This document shows, piece after piece, positions 50,860 through 64,000 of a stretch of DNA of 64,000 nucleotides; within the stretch, counting starts at the first letter, position 1; each line of letters starts with the position of its first letter. The stretch is from the NCBI GenBank assembly GCA_030141605.1, contig JAQGDQ010000132.1:248001-312000 (forward strand), given 5' to 3'. The notes under the pieces are model-generated. The model made no database searches, was not told the DNA's origin, and saw only the letters and a list, made by a program, of their open reading frames with translations. Position numbers and translations under genes: made by a program. The DNA comes from Tubiluchus corallicola. Lineage: Eukaryota > Animalia > Priapulida.

Positions 50860-51810
50860 GATACTCTGTTCATCAACTGTTATTAGACATGTCAAAAGCT
50901 TTTGATACTGCTAAAAGTAAGACCTGGCACAGGTGATGAAATCCAGAAAATTTGAAGTAGAAGTTATATGCAATACTGTAATTACATAGTATGTATGACA
51001 AACACATACTGCAAGAGGACTGCCTCAGTTCCATTTCATTTACTTTCTTACTTTTATCTGGGGGAGATCATTATAAGCAATCTGCTCACTAGCAAAACCA
51101 CAACTATGTTAAATGATAATAATATAGATTCAGACAGCACACTCGTGCTACAACTAAAGGATGACAATTACTTTGCGAAGATGGAATCTTCTGCTGTCAT
51201 CGACATGCAATACAATGATAACATGTTTTCTTGACGAAAAACAAAGAAGTGATTGAAACCAATAAATGAGCAGCAATGCCAGCAATGGTTAAGAAAGTCG
51301 AAGCAGAATTGTATCGAAGGAAGCACCAGAGGGCACACCTTGTCCAGCTGGAAAGATTCTATGTCTTTATTAAGGCGAATACTAGCTTTCTCGTGGATGA
51401 AGCGCTTTCTAGCATGATCTGGGTCACTGAAACAACCAGAGGGCGCACGAAAGTCAAGATGGAGAAAGACGTTATCGCGATCAACTATAAGCAAGTAAGC
51501 AAGTGGAGAAGAATAGAGCCTTGATTGTCTCCATGAGGACGTGTGTGACAAATGTGGCTGGGATAGAGAGGATTGTGATGAGACGGTACGCGTACATTTG
51601 TTTCGTAAATCAAGATGATAAAACCATCCTTCCAATTATAAGAACAGAGTGAAAAGACCGAATCAATCCATAAATGTAAAAAAGACCCAGTGAAACAATT
51701 TTGGAGGCCATCTTATATCAGCAGTAATCCCAGGAGCCCGAGCCAAGGGAAACTGATTTATGGCGGTAATTACTTCACCTGGAGATGTTGGCTCGGTGTA
51801 GATTTAGGAT
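50860..51810. mobile_element. Cluster of decayed retroelement fragments
   Basis: Plus strand LLLDMSKAFDT (RT motif) at 50877-50909; minus strand PTSPGEVITAINQFPLARAPGITAD (non-LTR pre-RT KAPG motif) at ~51716-51800; minus strand IVDRDN...FIHEKASIRLNKDIESFQL resembling a Penelope GIY-YIG C-terminus at ~51330-51560. Confidence 0.6.
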
Positions 51811-54067
51811 TTTTGCTACCTCGCTTGATCGCGACTTCTTGACCAGGCAGAAGGATAAAAGTTAGTCTTGTTGCAAAATCAGCATACGTCGCTGAAACGT
51901 GTAAATGTACAAAAAATGAACGAATTGATTACCACGTGAATGGATAAGTAAAGGTCTGTGTGAAAGAAATTATGACTTAAGAGAAGAGAAATAAATTGAA
52001 AAATCGCTTAAAAGTTTGATCTGGTTAGCGGTTACCGTATCACCCGATAAAAAATAATTTAGGTTCACGCTAGGGCTGCTCGAATTAAGATTTGCCCGTA
52101 CCGAATCTCGCTTGAGCCGACGTTTCAGAATTGAGACGTCCCTTTACTGGTAAAACTGTGCAAACATTTTATATTCAAAACAGAGTAGCTGATGTCGTTT
52201 ATTTCCTATTGTAGCAGTTTGGTATTCTTTTAAAATATATATTTTTGCGTAATAACTAGAGTAAGGCTGAGAAGTCCTGGTCAATTCTGCATCCTATTTC
52301 GTGTGTAATCCGACCAAGTCCTGAAGACACAACTAATAGAACGTTTTTCAACAGCATTTCTATGCTTTGCTCAAAGTTTTTCATCCTATCTAATTGTGAG
52401 AATATAAGTTTTTAATAGGAAGCAATGACTGTTTGTTTAACAGTAAAACTGCATAATAGCTACAGCTTGTTCTGTATCTAATAGCTATTCATAAGGAAAA
52501 TGAATTATACTAACGATAACTTAATGATGTTTGATGATGATGACGAATGAAACAATATATATTAGTAATTTTTATAAATAAGTGAATAAATAAACACTAA
52601 ATATAAATGTAAGTGAAAACGTTATTTGTTTATTTAATAATTAATGTATGTGTGGGTAACGTACATCACATTCGGTAGTGCTATAATTGCTGTGTAGTGT
52701 GTCGTTGTTTGTCTACATTGCGTCGTAAGTTGTATAATTTGTATTTATAATTGGTAGTTTTTAGCCGAATTGTTGTGTATTACATTGTTGTCTTTTATTA
52801 TTGTATAATTGTTATGCACAATACATTAAATATCAAATATAAATGCTGAACGTTGAACATCGAGTTCAAACTCCGTGCTAGTTAAATTCGCAACTGTAAA
52901 CACGACGAAAAATCTCTTTATCGAGATTTTGAACATTTTAATTCACACGTTGTCGATTCAATTTAAACGTCGTTAAACATTTCAACGCCTAGATGTTATT
53001 GCTCGAAATCCGAACATGCAAAAACAGTACGAGGCACTGTTGCGTAATTCGACAAGGCCTTTTTGCAAATGTCAGAGCAAACTCTGACCAAATTTCTCAC
53101 GTGAAATATCGAGCACTCTGGTTTTTATCGAAGCCTGCAATCTTCTGCCGATGGACATGTGGACATTTTGGACGTGAGTAAGAATTGCCACCGTCTGCTG
53201 GCGTTTGCGAATGCGCGGACTATTAAAAGATACCGCCAATGTATTTCCTCTGTTGGCAGTAGGATATAAGTCATTGCATAAACAGTCCAGAGGCGCAATG
53301 GGGCATTAGTGGCACAACAACAGGAACTACTATTATAACTGCCCACATGGTTGCAAATTTTCATTTACAAATCGACTCATAACATTGCCGAATTTAAAGG
53401 CGCCGTTCAGTATTTTCATAACCTCGTGGCTACATTCAAACAATCCCAGCATTGGTCGCTCATCCCCACTCTGGCGTACACCAGCCCTACAAAAATCAGA
53501 CAGCGCAAGCTCCGTTGTACAAAAGAGAGAAAACTAGCTCAATTAGTGCAGAGTGGAAAACTGATCAGGTTGTGCCCGGTGTGGAAAAACACAAACTTCT
53601 GCAATGCATCATTCTTGTTGGTCGTTTAAATTTTTGTGGGAAAACATTTTTGAAATTCGCACACCTCTGAGATAGTGCAGGCGTTGCAAGACCCACTTCC
53701 ACTGTTGCTGATGCCACTCGAGAGTCAGAAAGAGTTCAGACATCTATTATTTTGTGATATAATCGATTGTATGCAAACTAAAATTTGGCAAAAACTGTTT
53801 CGTGGTATTGAGCAATTCTCTATATTTTGATTCCATAATTTATAAAGCAATGACGCGCGAGGTAACCTAGCTTCTGTAGTGGTTCAGGAAAAAGGCGCTA
53901 ATTCTAGCAAGATGTTGTTGTTGACAAACTGACTTTGTTGTTATCATTGTTTTGCAAAATTGAAATCAAGTTGTGATGGTTTTTTTCTCGTTAAATTAGT
54001 ACCAGGTAAAGCAAACAGATTATATGATTGATGTAAAGGTTTAATGCCATAATGAAACAACCTGACA

Positions 54068-57000
54068 ATGCCCGATGAAAAGACTAAAGACATTTACAAC
54101 GGAGAAGTGCTGATGGCCGCACAGGAGCGACCTCTTGTGTCTGCGGGAGAAAATCCGGCGACACCCAATTACGAGCACGATGGAGGAGAGAGAGAAACTT
54201 GGGGAAAGAAAGTAGATTTTCTTTTATCAGTTATTGGTTTTGCCGTTGATTTAGGGAATGTCTGGAGGTTTCCTTATATTTGTTACAGAAACGGCGGAGG
54301 TGAGTAAGTCATAATTTGCTGAGAATTAAAATTTTTGAGCAGTAGATTTTTGCACCACCTTTTCTTTTTATTTCACACTAACCCTTTTTGTATAAAACAA
54401 TCATAAAAATAACCCAAGATGTGAAAAAGCGAACATAACATAGACTAAAAATTTCCATGCGAAAAATCACCAATGTTAGTCGCACGGACGTTTTCACGTC
54501 CAAATTATTCATTATACTAATTAACCATCTTGAAGTCAACGTTTTGTTAAGTGGTGAATTTTACACACCACTATGTGTACCATCTAATGGTTAAAATGGT
54601 ACACGTGTATACGGCAACTTTGTAAAGATTGAAAAAGAAAATAAACTGTAATAATTTTTAAAGATCAGATTACTAGAAAAGTGATTGAAAAAATTCTAAA
54701 ATTTTACAAAAATAAAAAATATACTAAAAATAGAAATAAAATAAACGAGTTAATTAAAAATAAAAATAAAAATTTTGTTGTAAATTTTTATCATGAAATG
54801 AACTAACACATTTTTTAATTAAAAATGGTTAGAATTTTAAACGCATTTCAAAATCATAGCATAGTGTTAACTTAACAGCACTTAATAAAGAACGTGTACT
54901 AAATATAGTGTTAACTTAACAGCACTTAACAAACAACACGTACTAAATATAGTGCTAATTAACTTAATAATTCCTAAGAAAGAATATGTACTAAATATAG
55001 TGCGAACTTAACAGCACTTACTAAAGAACGTGTACTAAATATAGTGCTAACTTAACAGCACTTAATAAAGAACGTGTACTAAATATAGTGTTAACTTAAC
55101 AGCACTTAACAAACAACACGTACTAAATATAGTGCTAGTTAACTTAATAATTCCTAAGAAAGAACATGTACTAAATATAGTGCGAACTTAACAGCACTTA
55201 CTAAAGAACGTGTACTAAATATAGTGCTAACTTAACAGCACTTACTAAAGAACGTGTACTAAATATAGTGCTAACTTAACAGGACTTAATAAAGAACGTG
55301 TACTAAATATAGTGTTAACTTAACAGCACTTAACAAACAACACGTACTAAATATAGTGCTAGTTAACTTAATAATTCCTAAGAAAGAACATGTACTAAAT
55401 ATAGTGCGAACTTAACAGCACTTACTAAAGAACGTGTACTAAATATAGTGCTAACTTAACAGCACTTAATAAAGAACGTGTACTAAATATAGTGCTAACT
55501 TAACAGCACTTAATAAAGGACGTGTACTAAATATAGTGTTAACTTAACAGCACTTAACAAACAACACGTACTAAATATAGTGCTAGTTAACTTAATAATT
55601 CCTAAGAAAGAACATGTACTAAATATAGTGCGAACTTAACAGCACTTACTAAAGAACGTGTACTAAATATAGTGCTAACTTAACAGCACTTAATAAAGAA
55701 CGTGTACTAAATATAGTGCTAACTTAACAGCACTTACTAAAGAACGTGTACTAAATATAGTGCTAACTTAACAGCACTTAATAAAGAACGTGTACTAAAT
55801 CAAAGAAATAACAGCATTACACAAAACAACAGTTAAACGGTATTTAGTTTAAGTGAGCCAATTTGTTACCTATTAAATTCAACTTCAGCTTATACGCAAA
55901 AATGTGTCTACTAAATACAAGTGTCTACTTTTAATGTTGATGCCCATTGTGCTGCCCAGATGAAATCTTCCTGTCCGTCATCCATACATTTGGTAAACAG
56001 GCCTAATATTCCGTAACTTCGTTAAGTGCAGGCGTGCTCATTCAGCTGTTTATCTCGAGGGTATGAGGGAAAGGGAAACTTTTTTATACAAGGACAATTC
56101 TCTATTAAAGTATTCCACAGATAAGACGGTCGGGAGAAGCACTGGATGAAATTTTTTTGGAAAAGTAGGGTCAAAAAAGCTTAAAGTACCAGCAGGGTTG
56201 ACACAAATAAAATATCAAATGAGTTATTTTAACAGATTAGGGCTTCCAGCACGGACGGAGGTTGATTTGTAAAGATAGAGCTTAATATCATTAATTTGGT
56301 AATTCTGAGCAGGACAGACTGAAGCATACCACTTTTTCGACATGTTCTAAGTCTCTTAAATCCTTCCTGCGTCCGGAACGCAAATCAAGACCAAACCAAC
56401 CAGAATGAACACAAGATTTGTGTTATTCAGAGTTATTCAACGATAGTGAAAAAAATACAAGCTCAAAGTTGTTTTGTATTGAACGTGACAAACCAATATT
56501 GGCCAAATGTATGTTCTTCAAATGTACTTTACAAACCCATCTACACAAGCAAAACAGTGTAATTACTTGGCTATTTGTAAAATCGAACGGATTCTGCTGA
56601 CTGCTGTTGTGTGTTGTCAAAAAACGTCAACAACCTGTGATGTTTATATAACTCATTTCACCTCTGCTAAATGGATCACTGCTACCAAGACGATACGAAG
56701 AATAAAATTTATGAATGGCACAGGTTTTATACAGACTTCCGTTATTCTAACGGAAATAAACAAGACGGCTTATTGTCCTCTATTCTCTTATTACATGCTC
56801 AGCTGTATCACTGAATAAGTGCAGATATTCTCAGCAAATCTATTCACTTTATATTCATTTTCGTTTTGCTATCTATTCACTTTTACTTAACTATTAAAGC
56901 TAGTTTAACCTTTCAACAAGAAAAAAGAATTAAGTAGAAGTTCTCCCTGCGTTACTTTCTTTAAATAATAGTGATAATTTTCATATTATTGTTTTTTATA

Positions 57001-60000
57001 ACTAGTCATATACTTGTATTTCAAATTTATATGCCAGTTAATGTGATTACGATATACGTGGTTAAATCAATATATTATTTTTGAAATTTGAAAAACAGTC
57101 GTTCGGCTAGTCAGAAAACATTCTCGAACTGACAAGAAAAGAACGATGTCCAGAAAAATTCACACTTTCGTGTGGGAAACTGTAAAAGCATTTAAATTTA
57201 CATTTCGGTGTTTGAAAATCTTTTGTATTTCTGAGACCAAGAACTAGTTTATGTGAATAAGTAATCGTCTTTCTTTCATTTCGCTAGAAGATGTAGTGGT
57301 CTAAGAGGTTTATGAAATTAAAACACCACAAACAAATGCAACGGAGAATCACCTGTCCCATTAACACACAATAAACAATAGTTACGGAGAATCACCTGCA
57401 CCGTTAACACATAACAAACAATAGTAACGAGAATCACCTGTACCATTATCACACAACAAGTAATAGTAAAGAGAATCACCTGTACCATTAACACACAACA
57501 AGTACTAGTAGGAAGAATGACTTGTACCATTAACACACCACAAGCAACAGTGGTCAAAATCAATTGCACACTAAACGCACTACAAGTAGTCATGTACAAC
57601 AACACGAAACGTTAACGTCATCTAATACACTACAAGTAGTCGCTGAAAAGTCGTCGAGAATGCCCGAAGATCTAACTCGCAGCAGTAGTAGTAATTTGAG
57701 ACACTTGCACAATTAAATGGATTTAAACACCAACCTAGAAAGAAGTAAGTGTTGCACCATGGATTTTTTGCTCCCCAGAGGCAGAGAAACTTAATGATTT
57801 ACAATAGAATAGAATAGAATGGATGGAATAGAATAGAATAGAATAGAATAGAATAGAATAGAATAGAATAGAATAGAATAGAATAGAATAGAATAGAATA
57901 GAATAGAATAGAATAGAATAGAATAGAATGCAATGCAATGCAATGCAATGCAATGCAATGCAATACAATACAATACAATACAATACAATACAATACAATA
58001 CAATACAATACAATACAATACAATACAATACAATACAATATAACAATATAACACAACACAATACAATAGAATACATTACAATACAGTATAATACTATACA
58101 GTGCCGTACAATACAGTACAATACAATACAGTATAATACAACACGACACGACACGACACGATATGATACGATACGATACAATACGATACAATACAACACA
58201 ACACAACAGAACAAAACAGAACAGAACAGAACAGAACAGAGTAGAAATTTATTATTACTTCGATACATAAGAACATAGTGTTATTTTCATTATATTTCAG
58301 GTGTAGTTACTGGTTATTGAAGTACATGTATTCCGTCGTAGGTCAAGTGTTAGCAGAATAAAATGATATTATAAATAAAAAAACTATCAAGAACTTAAGC
58401 AATTAAGACATTACAAAATAAACGCAACTTATTAAAATTTATCCATAATGAAACACAGTCGTAAATTTGTAAAAGAGATGCCCGCAACTAAATAGCTGAA
58501 GCACTGCAAACATTCTGGTAAAATAATTTTATTACAGAACTTCGCTTTCTCGTTACACAGATCTAAAATTGTAAAGTGTTCAACGTTAGATCTTTTCTAA
58601 GAAACCTTGTTAAATTTAATTTACGAATGTACTATCGTTTTAATGGCCACAGTTTTTATTTTTTCAGTTCTCCGTAAGTGCTTTCACCTGGTGAATTTTT
58701 TTCATTCGATAGACGATTTTTCGTTCGTGTTTTGGTCATGCACTACAAATGCACGTATGGATCTAATATGATGCTGATTTATTTGCTATTTCGGTTGGCC
58801 TTTTTCGGTGATACCTTTTTTAATTTGGCGGCATTGATTTTGGTCCCAAAATTTCTACAGAAATATTTTCCAGATTGTTACAATATGCAGAAATTCCATT
58901 TAGAGGTACGTATGATCACAGCACAGGCTGGTATTATTACCACTAAAGAAAAACCTGGATTTTTTTTAAGTTTTGTATTTGTATCAAAGGCTTCTGAGAA
59001 GTTTCATACTGCAGTTGGCCAGATTCTTGCGTAGCCCGTCGCTCAGCAGTAAAAAAAACATGTAACTCGAAGAACGGATGTGTTGAAATTTCTTGACAGG
59101 CAATTAGTAAACACTTAGAAGATCACGAAATTCTTAGCAATGGAGGGCAGCTGCACGTAGAGGAAAGAGGAAGCCCTGTCCGAAGTCTGAAGTCTGAAGT
59201 CCTGTCCACTTCCCACTATTTCGAGATGTGTGGACTTATGTATATGTTATATTATGTTGTTATGTTATGTAATGTTATGTTACATATTTTATATGTGTGT
59301 GCGTGTGTGTGTGTGTGTATTTAATATTTATGAATACTAAAATATTTACATATATACGTACGTATGTATTCAGACAAATCATACAAAACGTAAAAAATAC
59401 AATACACAGAATCATAAAACTCAATAAAAGTTACATATTTAAAAAGATAAAGATGCTGATCTCTCAGGACAAAGCACAGTTTGTACCAATTCGTCCATAT
59501 AATTGTGATATGACGAGTAGGCATCTCATTAGGTAGTTCTATCAGCCCATATGTAAAGGATCCTATTATTTTTCTTGTAATGACATCATAGTTAGGAATA
59601 CATATATAAATAATAATAAATATATATTTACATACTAATAAATATATAAGTTGTGGCAAAAAAATAAAAATTGGTAGTTGTGGCAAAAATAGCAAAATGT
59701 GGTGAGTAATTTATTTCTTTTTCTAATATGTATGAAGTCTGCAGATCTAATAAATTCATTCAACTTTCAGGTGCATTCTTTGTACCGTACCTGATCATGT
59801 ACGTCCTGGGCGGACTACCTCTATTTTATTTAGAACTGGCCCTTGGTCAATACCAGCGCTGCGGCTGTATATCAGTGTGGGACAAAGTATGTCCCATTCT
59901 CAAAGGTACGTATGAAACGTTTTTAACTGTTCAGAATGTTTAATGTGCATCTAAGCGTATCATTAAAAGTCGTATTTGACGAAATGGGTGCTCCTGTATC

Positions 60001-60970
60001 GGTGAAATTTCTTTACACGTATTTTGCTTCAATAAAATTGCAAGTCTTGCTAGAAGCTACTGATGATGAGACGAAAAAAGTTTATTGGTCAATTATTTTT
60101 ACGTAAAACAATCAAAGTCAAAATATCCATAGCTCGGTGTTATATTTTCAATCAGGTATTAACGTGTTCTGATGTTTCTTCAACTTATTTTACAGTTGTC
60201 TTCTTGTTATTTTTTATACAAACGCCCATCTATGGTCATTGGTCACTCAAGGTAACAGATTACAGTAAAAAGTCGAAAAAATACCTATCCAGAGAGAAGA
60301 TGCATGTAATAATATGTATGTTGAATTGTTGATATTCCTCTTAAACGTTTGCTCAGGACACGTTTCCTTTCTGTGCTACATTACACAGACTTATTAAAAG
60401 TGACACGCGACTTTCTCTTTCTGATGATCAACTAAAAACGGTAAACCTTTTGTCGGCAACACGAGTCACATAACTACATATTACAGAAAAACCACTAAGA
60501 TGCGCGCATCTAACATAACTTATGCAGGCCCTGTAAACAGGTGGCCTTGGGTTCGAGTCCCACTTCTGGTGAAAATTTGTCAAAACTTTCTAATTTAGCA
60601 TTGTTTTCGTGCGTTAAATGATCACATAAGTCAGTTCGTTTGAAAATAGTGGTTCTTCTTAATTGCATGTGTTATTTCTTCACTGCTTGGCTTTCCCTAC
60701 CAATCATTACAAACAAAGGTCAAGAATTCGATTTCTGAATAAATTCATCGTTTTATGCTCATATATAGGCATCGGATATGGTATTGCAGTTATAGCTAGC
60801 TTCATGGCGTTCTACTATAACACAATCATAGCTTGGGCCATGTACTACCTGTTCGTCTCTTTTCAACGGCAACTTCCTTGGAGGAACTGTAAAAACTGGT
60901 GGAACACGGATAACTGCAAAGAATCGAATTTCACTGAAAACTCTACAAGTGCAGCTTCAGAGTTTTTTCA
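54068..60970 (+). CDS. SLC6A4: Sodium-dependent serotonin transporter-like SLC6 monoamine transporter, first three coding exons (gene continues beyond window)
   Basis: Exons 54068-54299, 59771-59905, 60769-60970. [43 protein letters not shown]...[20 protein letters not shown]...YYNTIIAW...[17 protein letters not shown]1 Asp marks a monoamine transporter; [12 protein letters not shown] and GC in IL1 are SERT-type rather than DAT/NET (LANVWRFPYLCY). Confidence 0.88.
54861..55800. repeat. 44/48-bp minisatellite, 21 units with higher-order organisation
   Basis: Base unit atagtgctaacttaacagcacttaataaagaacgtgtactaaat, with four diagnostic variants recurring in fixed order. Confidence 0.97.
57341..57590. 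repeat. 42-bp diverged minisatellite, ~6 copies
   Basis: gaatcacctg-like anchor at 57346, 57389, 57431, 57473, 57515 and 57557. Confidence 0.9.
57803..58240. repeat. Compound pentanucleotide microsatellite
   Basis: (AATAG)n-(AATGC)n-(AATAC)n, then GACAC, GATAC, AACAC and AACAG blocks. Confidence 0.97.
60525..60570 (+). pseudogene. 3' half of a tRNA-like / SINE head
   Basis: ctgtaaa anticodon-loop-like segment followed by a well-formed T-arm tggGTTCGAGTCCca; no 5' half. Confidence 0.45.
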
Positions 60971-61315
60971 GTAGGTAACAGTTATAATGGGTCTCATGTA
61001 TTATTATCAGTTTGATTACACTGACATGATTTTCTGGGATAATTTCTAGAATTATGTCACGTTTCTCTAATTAAGGTATGAAAAAGACGTAATTACGATC
61101 ACATTTTTACAATAAACACATTTTTATACTTTTTACTTATTAAAGGAAAGGCCAATCTTTCTTTGAAGGTAAGCTTATTTCAATGTTCGGGAGACATGTA
61201 AGAATGATTTACTAATAAAAGCGCTATAAGCGCCTCGCGTAACTAGTAAAATGACTTTAAAGTTGCGATCTTTTCACGCTTAGGCGTTCCCATTTCAAAC
61301 GCCCATTTTCCACCA

Positions 61316-61500
61316 GTTGTGTGGCCGAGTGGTTTAGATTTCGGACTGCAACCACGCACCCTTGAGTTTGAGACTAGCGAGTGCCAACGCCAGGACATAT
61401 ACCCTACACGTTATTTGTTATTTGTGTGTTGCGTCCTTACCTGTTAGTGCCAATGTTGTCAGTTAAATGAGCGACGGTAAATAAATGTGGCCTTTGTCAT
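61316..61500 (+). mobile_element. Degenerate tRNA-derived SINE
   Basis: A box tggccgagtggtttag, ctgcaa loop, decayed B box gagtttgagact; body ends near aataaa. Confidence 0.45.
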
Positions 61501-62729
61501 TCATCGACTGAAGAAAAACAGCGCACTGTCGATTTTCGTCAAAAGCGTAACAAGTTTTTACAAAGAATTAGATAGTTAATTCTGTGACACTTTTGCATGA
61601 ATGTTTGGTGAGCTGCAGAAATTCCAATTAGTTTTAAGTAGCGCGCGCTTACGGACAGTCACTATGCGCTTCGGTAAAAAAGTAATAGTAATCCGTAATC
61701 GGTAAAAGTAAAAGTCCCATCAGTTATGTCATAATTTTCAAGTGAATGGCAACTACCACTGAGCCTGAAAATTGCTACACAGTGGATGTATAAATTAGCT
61801 TTATGCTTTGTAAATAATTTTTGCAAATTTCTTTGTTATATATTTCTAAATTTGTGTGATAACAATAAAATAAATCAAACATAAACCCATAAATGCAAAA
61901 GGATGCGATTCATAGTGTTTTTTCTTAATGGGAATGAAGTCATGACTCGCTCATGACGTCTTCTTTACAAGCCCTGTTGATTTTTTTATTTCTGGCAAAA
62001 AGAAGCTGCAAGAATTAAAAAAAAACATGTTAAATGAAAATATTATAATGATTAAAGTAATAAAAACATGTTTATAGCTAGTTGTTAGCTTTTAAGTATA
62101 GCGTTTCCCGACATTCTATAGAGATTTTGTTAATATTTTTAATTTTAACACGATGTAATTGCAAATGGAAATTTAGTGTCTGTAGTACTCCAACTCAGAA
62201 CGTAGCCAATGCAGTCGGACCACTCACTGTAAAAGAAACATGCGGGTTTTAGTTAAATTATCGTTAAATAAAGTTTCGTCTTGGCAGCGACATTACCCAG
62301 AGTCTGGCGATGTCTTGGGACAAAGTTCGCTAGTAGTGGGTAGGAAGTTTCCTACCTCTGCTGGTGCAGTGGCTCACCTTAGAGCCATAACTTTGATAAT
62401 GACTCAGGTCCCGGTCTTGGCATGCGAACTGAACGGACCGGGTTGCTGTATGATGAATTCTGGCTTTCAGGATTCCGTGTGGTTTAAAAAATAGTTTATT
62501 GGTCTTTTATGTTGAAAATGTGCTGAAAATGTACTTAACCATAAATGTTTATTCCTGGCGGGGAAGTTTGACGTCACAAATTATAGCCAAATTAAAAACC
62601 TACAAGATTTTTATGCAATAAAGTTTAAAGAAAGATCATTTTTGTCATTTTTACACGATTCAATAAGTAGTTATTGCTTAACGATTATATTTCCAAAAAG
62701 CAAAGTACTATACTGTACCAGGGTACAAG

Positions 62730-63790
62730 ATATATTTAGATATTTATTGGTGTCAAAATACACACAATACAAGAAAAAACAAGACATACATACAATTTCA
62801 ATTCTGAAATATAATGACACTATATACAAACAAAACAAATATTATTAAATCTTCCTGTTAGTTATATTAGTTATTTAAATGAAAAGTTTAAATGATTAGT
62901 ATTTGAAATAAATTGTCATTCGTTAGGCCTCATTTTCAATGATATGATATATATAGTATATTGTTCATCATGTCTTAAAAACGCTTTTTGAAGATAATCA
63001 ACAAATACCTTAATTACTTATAAATCATTACTTCCCATCAGGAATAAAAATTTATCAGCATCACTCACAGGAAAATTCTGGTATAATCACATTAATGTTC
63101 CTGTAAAAGCATTGTATTGTGAGCATTTTGTACAAAAGTGTAATTCGTCTTCGATTTCATTTCCAAAACAGTATGGGCATATACGATTCACAGCTGGGAT
63201 TTTTCTATGTTTAGCGTACCTCCCTCTTTCAATACGTAAAGTATGAGAGCTGATTCTCAGTTTTGTAAATTTTGTTATAGCATATCTGGAGTAATCAGAA
63301 AGTAAATAGTTTTCTAGTTGATAAAGTATTTTGAAGGTTCGATACGTTCGCAGTAGGATTTCTTCTTTCCAAAAAAGGGTATAATCAGTTTTTGTTTCTT
63401 CTTCTAATTTATTAAGTAGTTGCTTAGATGAAAACGTTGTCTGGTTAATCGAAACTTGTTCAAAGCCATATACACATAATATATACTATATATACACATA
63501 ACAAAAGTAGTCCAACTTAAATAGTTCTCAGCTAAGTTTCGGTTTTCGTTATAAGGTTGGAATACATAACTATCATAAAGTTGGCTAATAACATGTACCC
63601 AGTAGCGGATTATATCCTTAATTATTTTAATAAAAATTGGGAAACGGCTCAGTTCAGCCTTAGTCGCATATTTGCTTGATTTGTTATTGACATTCAAAAG
63701 AAATCTGCATAATTTTAATATTGGCCTCTTCGCTTGACACATTGTCAAATTTAGTTTGAATATGCGGGGAATTAGTTTTAATTTTAATAA
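62730..63790 (-). mobile_element. 3' fragment of a CR1/L2-group LINE in a SERT intron
   Basis: Minus strand LCRFLLNVNNKSSKYATKAELSRFPIFIKIIKDIIRYW, then LRTYRTFK...KLRISSHTLRIERGRY...RICPYCFGNEIEDELHFCTKC (CCHC knuckle); 3' UTR with AATAAA near 62745. Confidence 0.9.
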
Positions 63791-64000
63791 TGCTAGGTCT
63801 TCATACAGAAGCCCCTTATAGCATGTTAGGTTCTACAGCATGTTCAAGTAATTTGGTAATAGTAGGTGGGTTTGCGCAGTGTGAGATGTACTTTTTCATG
63901 CAGTAAAAAGCTTTTAAGCCTTTGTCTTCTAGTTTGGTACAGCTTTGCCTGAAAGCACCAGACGCAAAGAATTCGATCCCTAAGTATTTATCAGCGTATC

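Noticed and set aside
52100-52150. Reverse hammerhead fragment (GAAACGTCG on minus strand)
   Set aside because: No CUGAnGA core or stem II at the right distance.
54861-55800. CRISPR-like array
   Set aside because: The variable parts recur periodically rather than being unique spacers; no cas genes; eukaryotic intron.
57318-57605. Hydrophobic repetitive ORF ([10 protein letters not shown])
   Set aside because: Product of the 42-bp minisatellite, antisense within a SERT intron, with no splice or start support.
57735-58278. Long ORFs rich in CIVLY, SILFY or YNTIQ
   Set aside because: Translations of a pentanucleotide microsatellite.

Overview
AT-rich, intron-rich animal (probably invertebrate) genomic DNA, so the ORF track mostly shows exon fragments. 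By joining exons across splice sites in consistent phase I reconstructed four complete conserved genes: UBE2M/Ubc12 (-, 5 exons), eIF3m (-, 9 exons), cytoplasmic cysteinyl-tRNA synthetase CARS1 (+, 18 exons, first intron GC-AG) and FGFR1OP2/SIKE-like (-, 3 coding exons). The window also holds the first three exons of a serotonin-transporter-like SLC6 gene (+) and an unrecognised ~298-aa spliced ORF at the left end. eIF3m and CARS1 are head-to-head with ~350 bp between start codons. Introns and intergenic DNA hold Tigger/pogo-like and hAT-like MITEs, LINE 3' fragments, tRNA-derived SINE-like sequences and several tandem repeats, including a 44/48-bp minisatellite with higher-order structure. 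The most unusual items are an inverted pair of degenerate hammerhead-ribozyme-like motifs in an FGFR1OP2 intron, a KMAKS variant of the KMSKS motif, SSRI-relevant residues in SERT, a possible alternative last exon of eIF3m, and the orphan gene. No CRISPR or prokaryotic system is present, and I cannot claim a convincingly new biological system from sequence alone. Homologies are from recall, not database searches.
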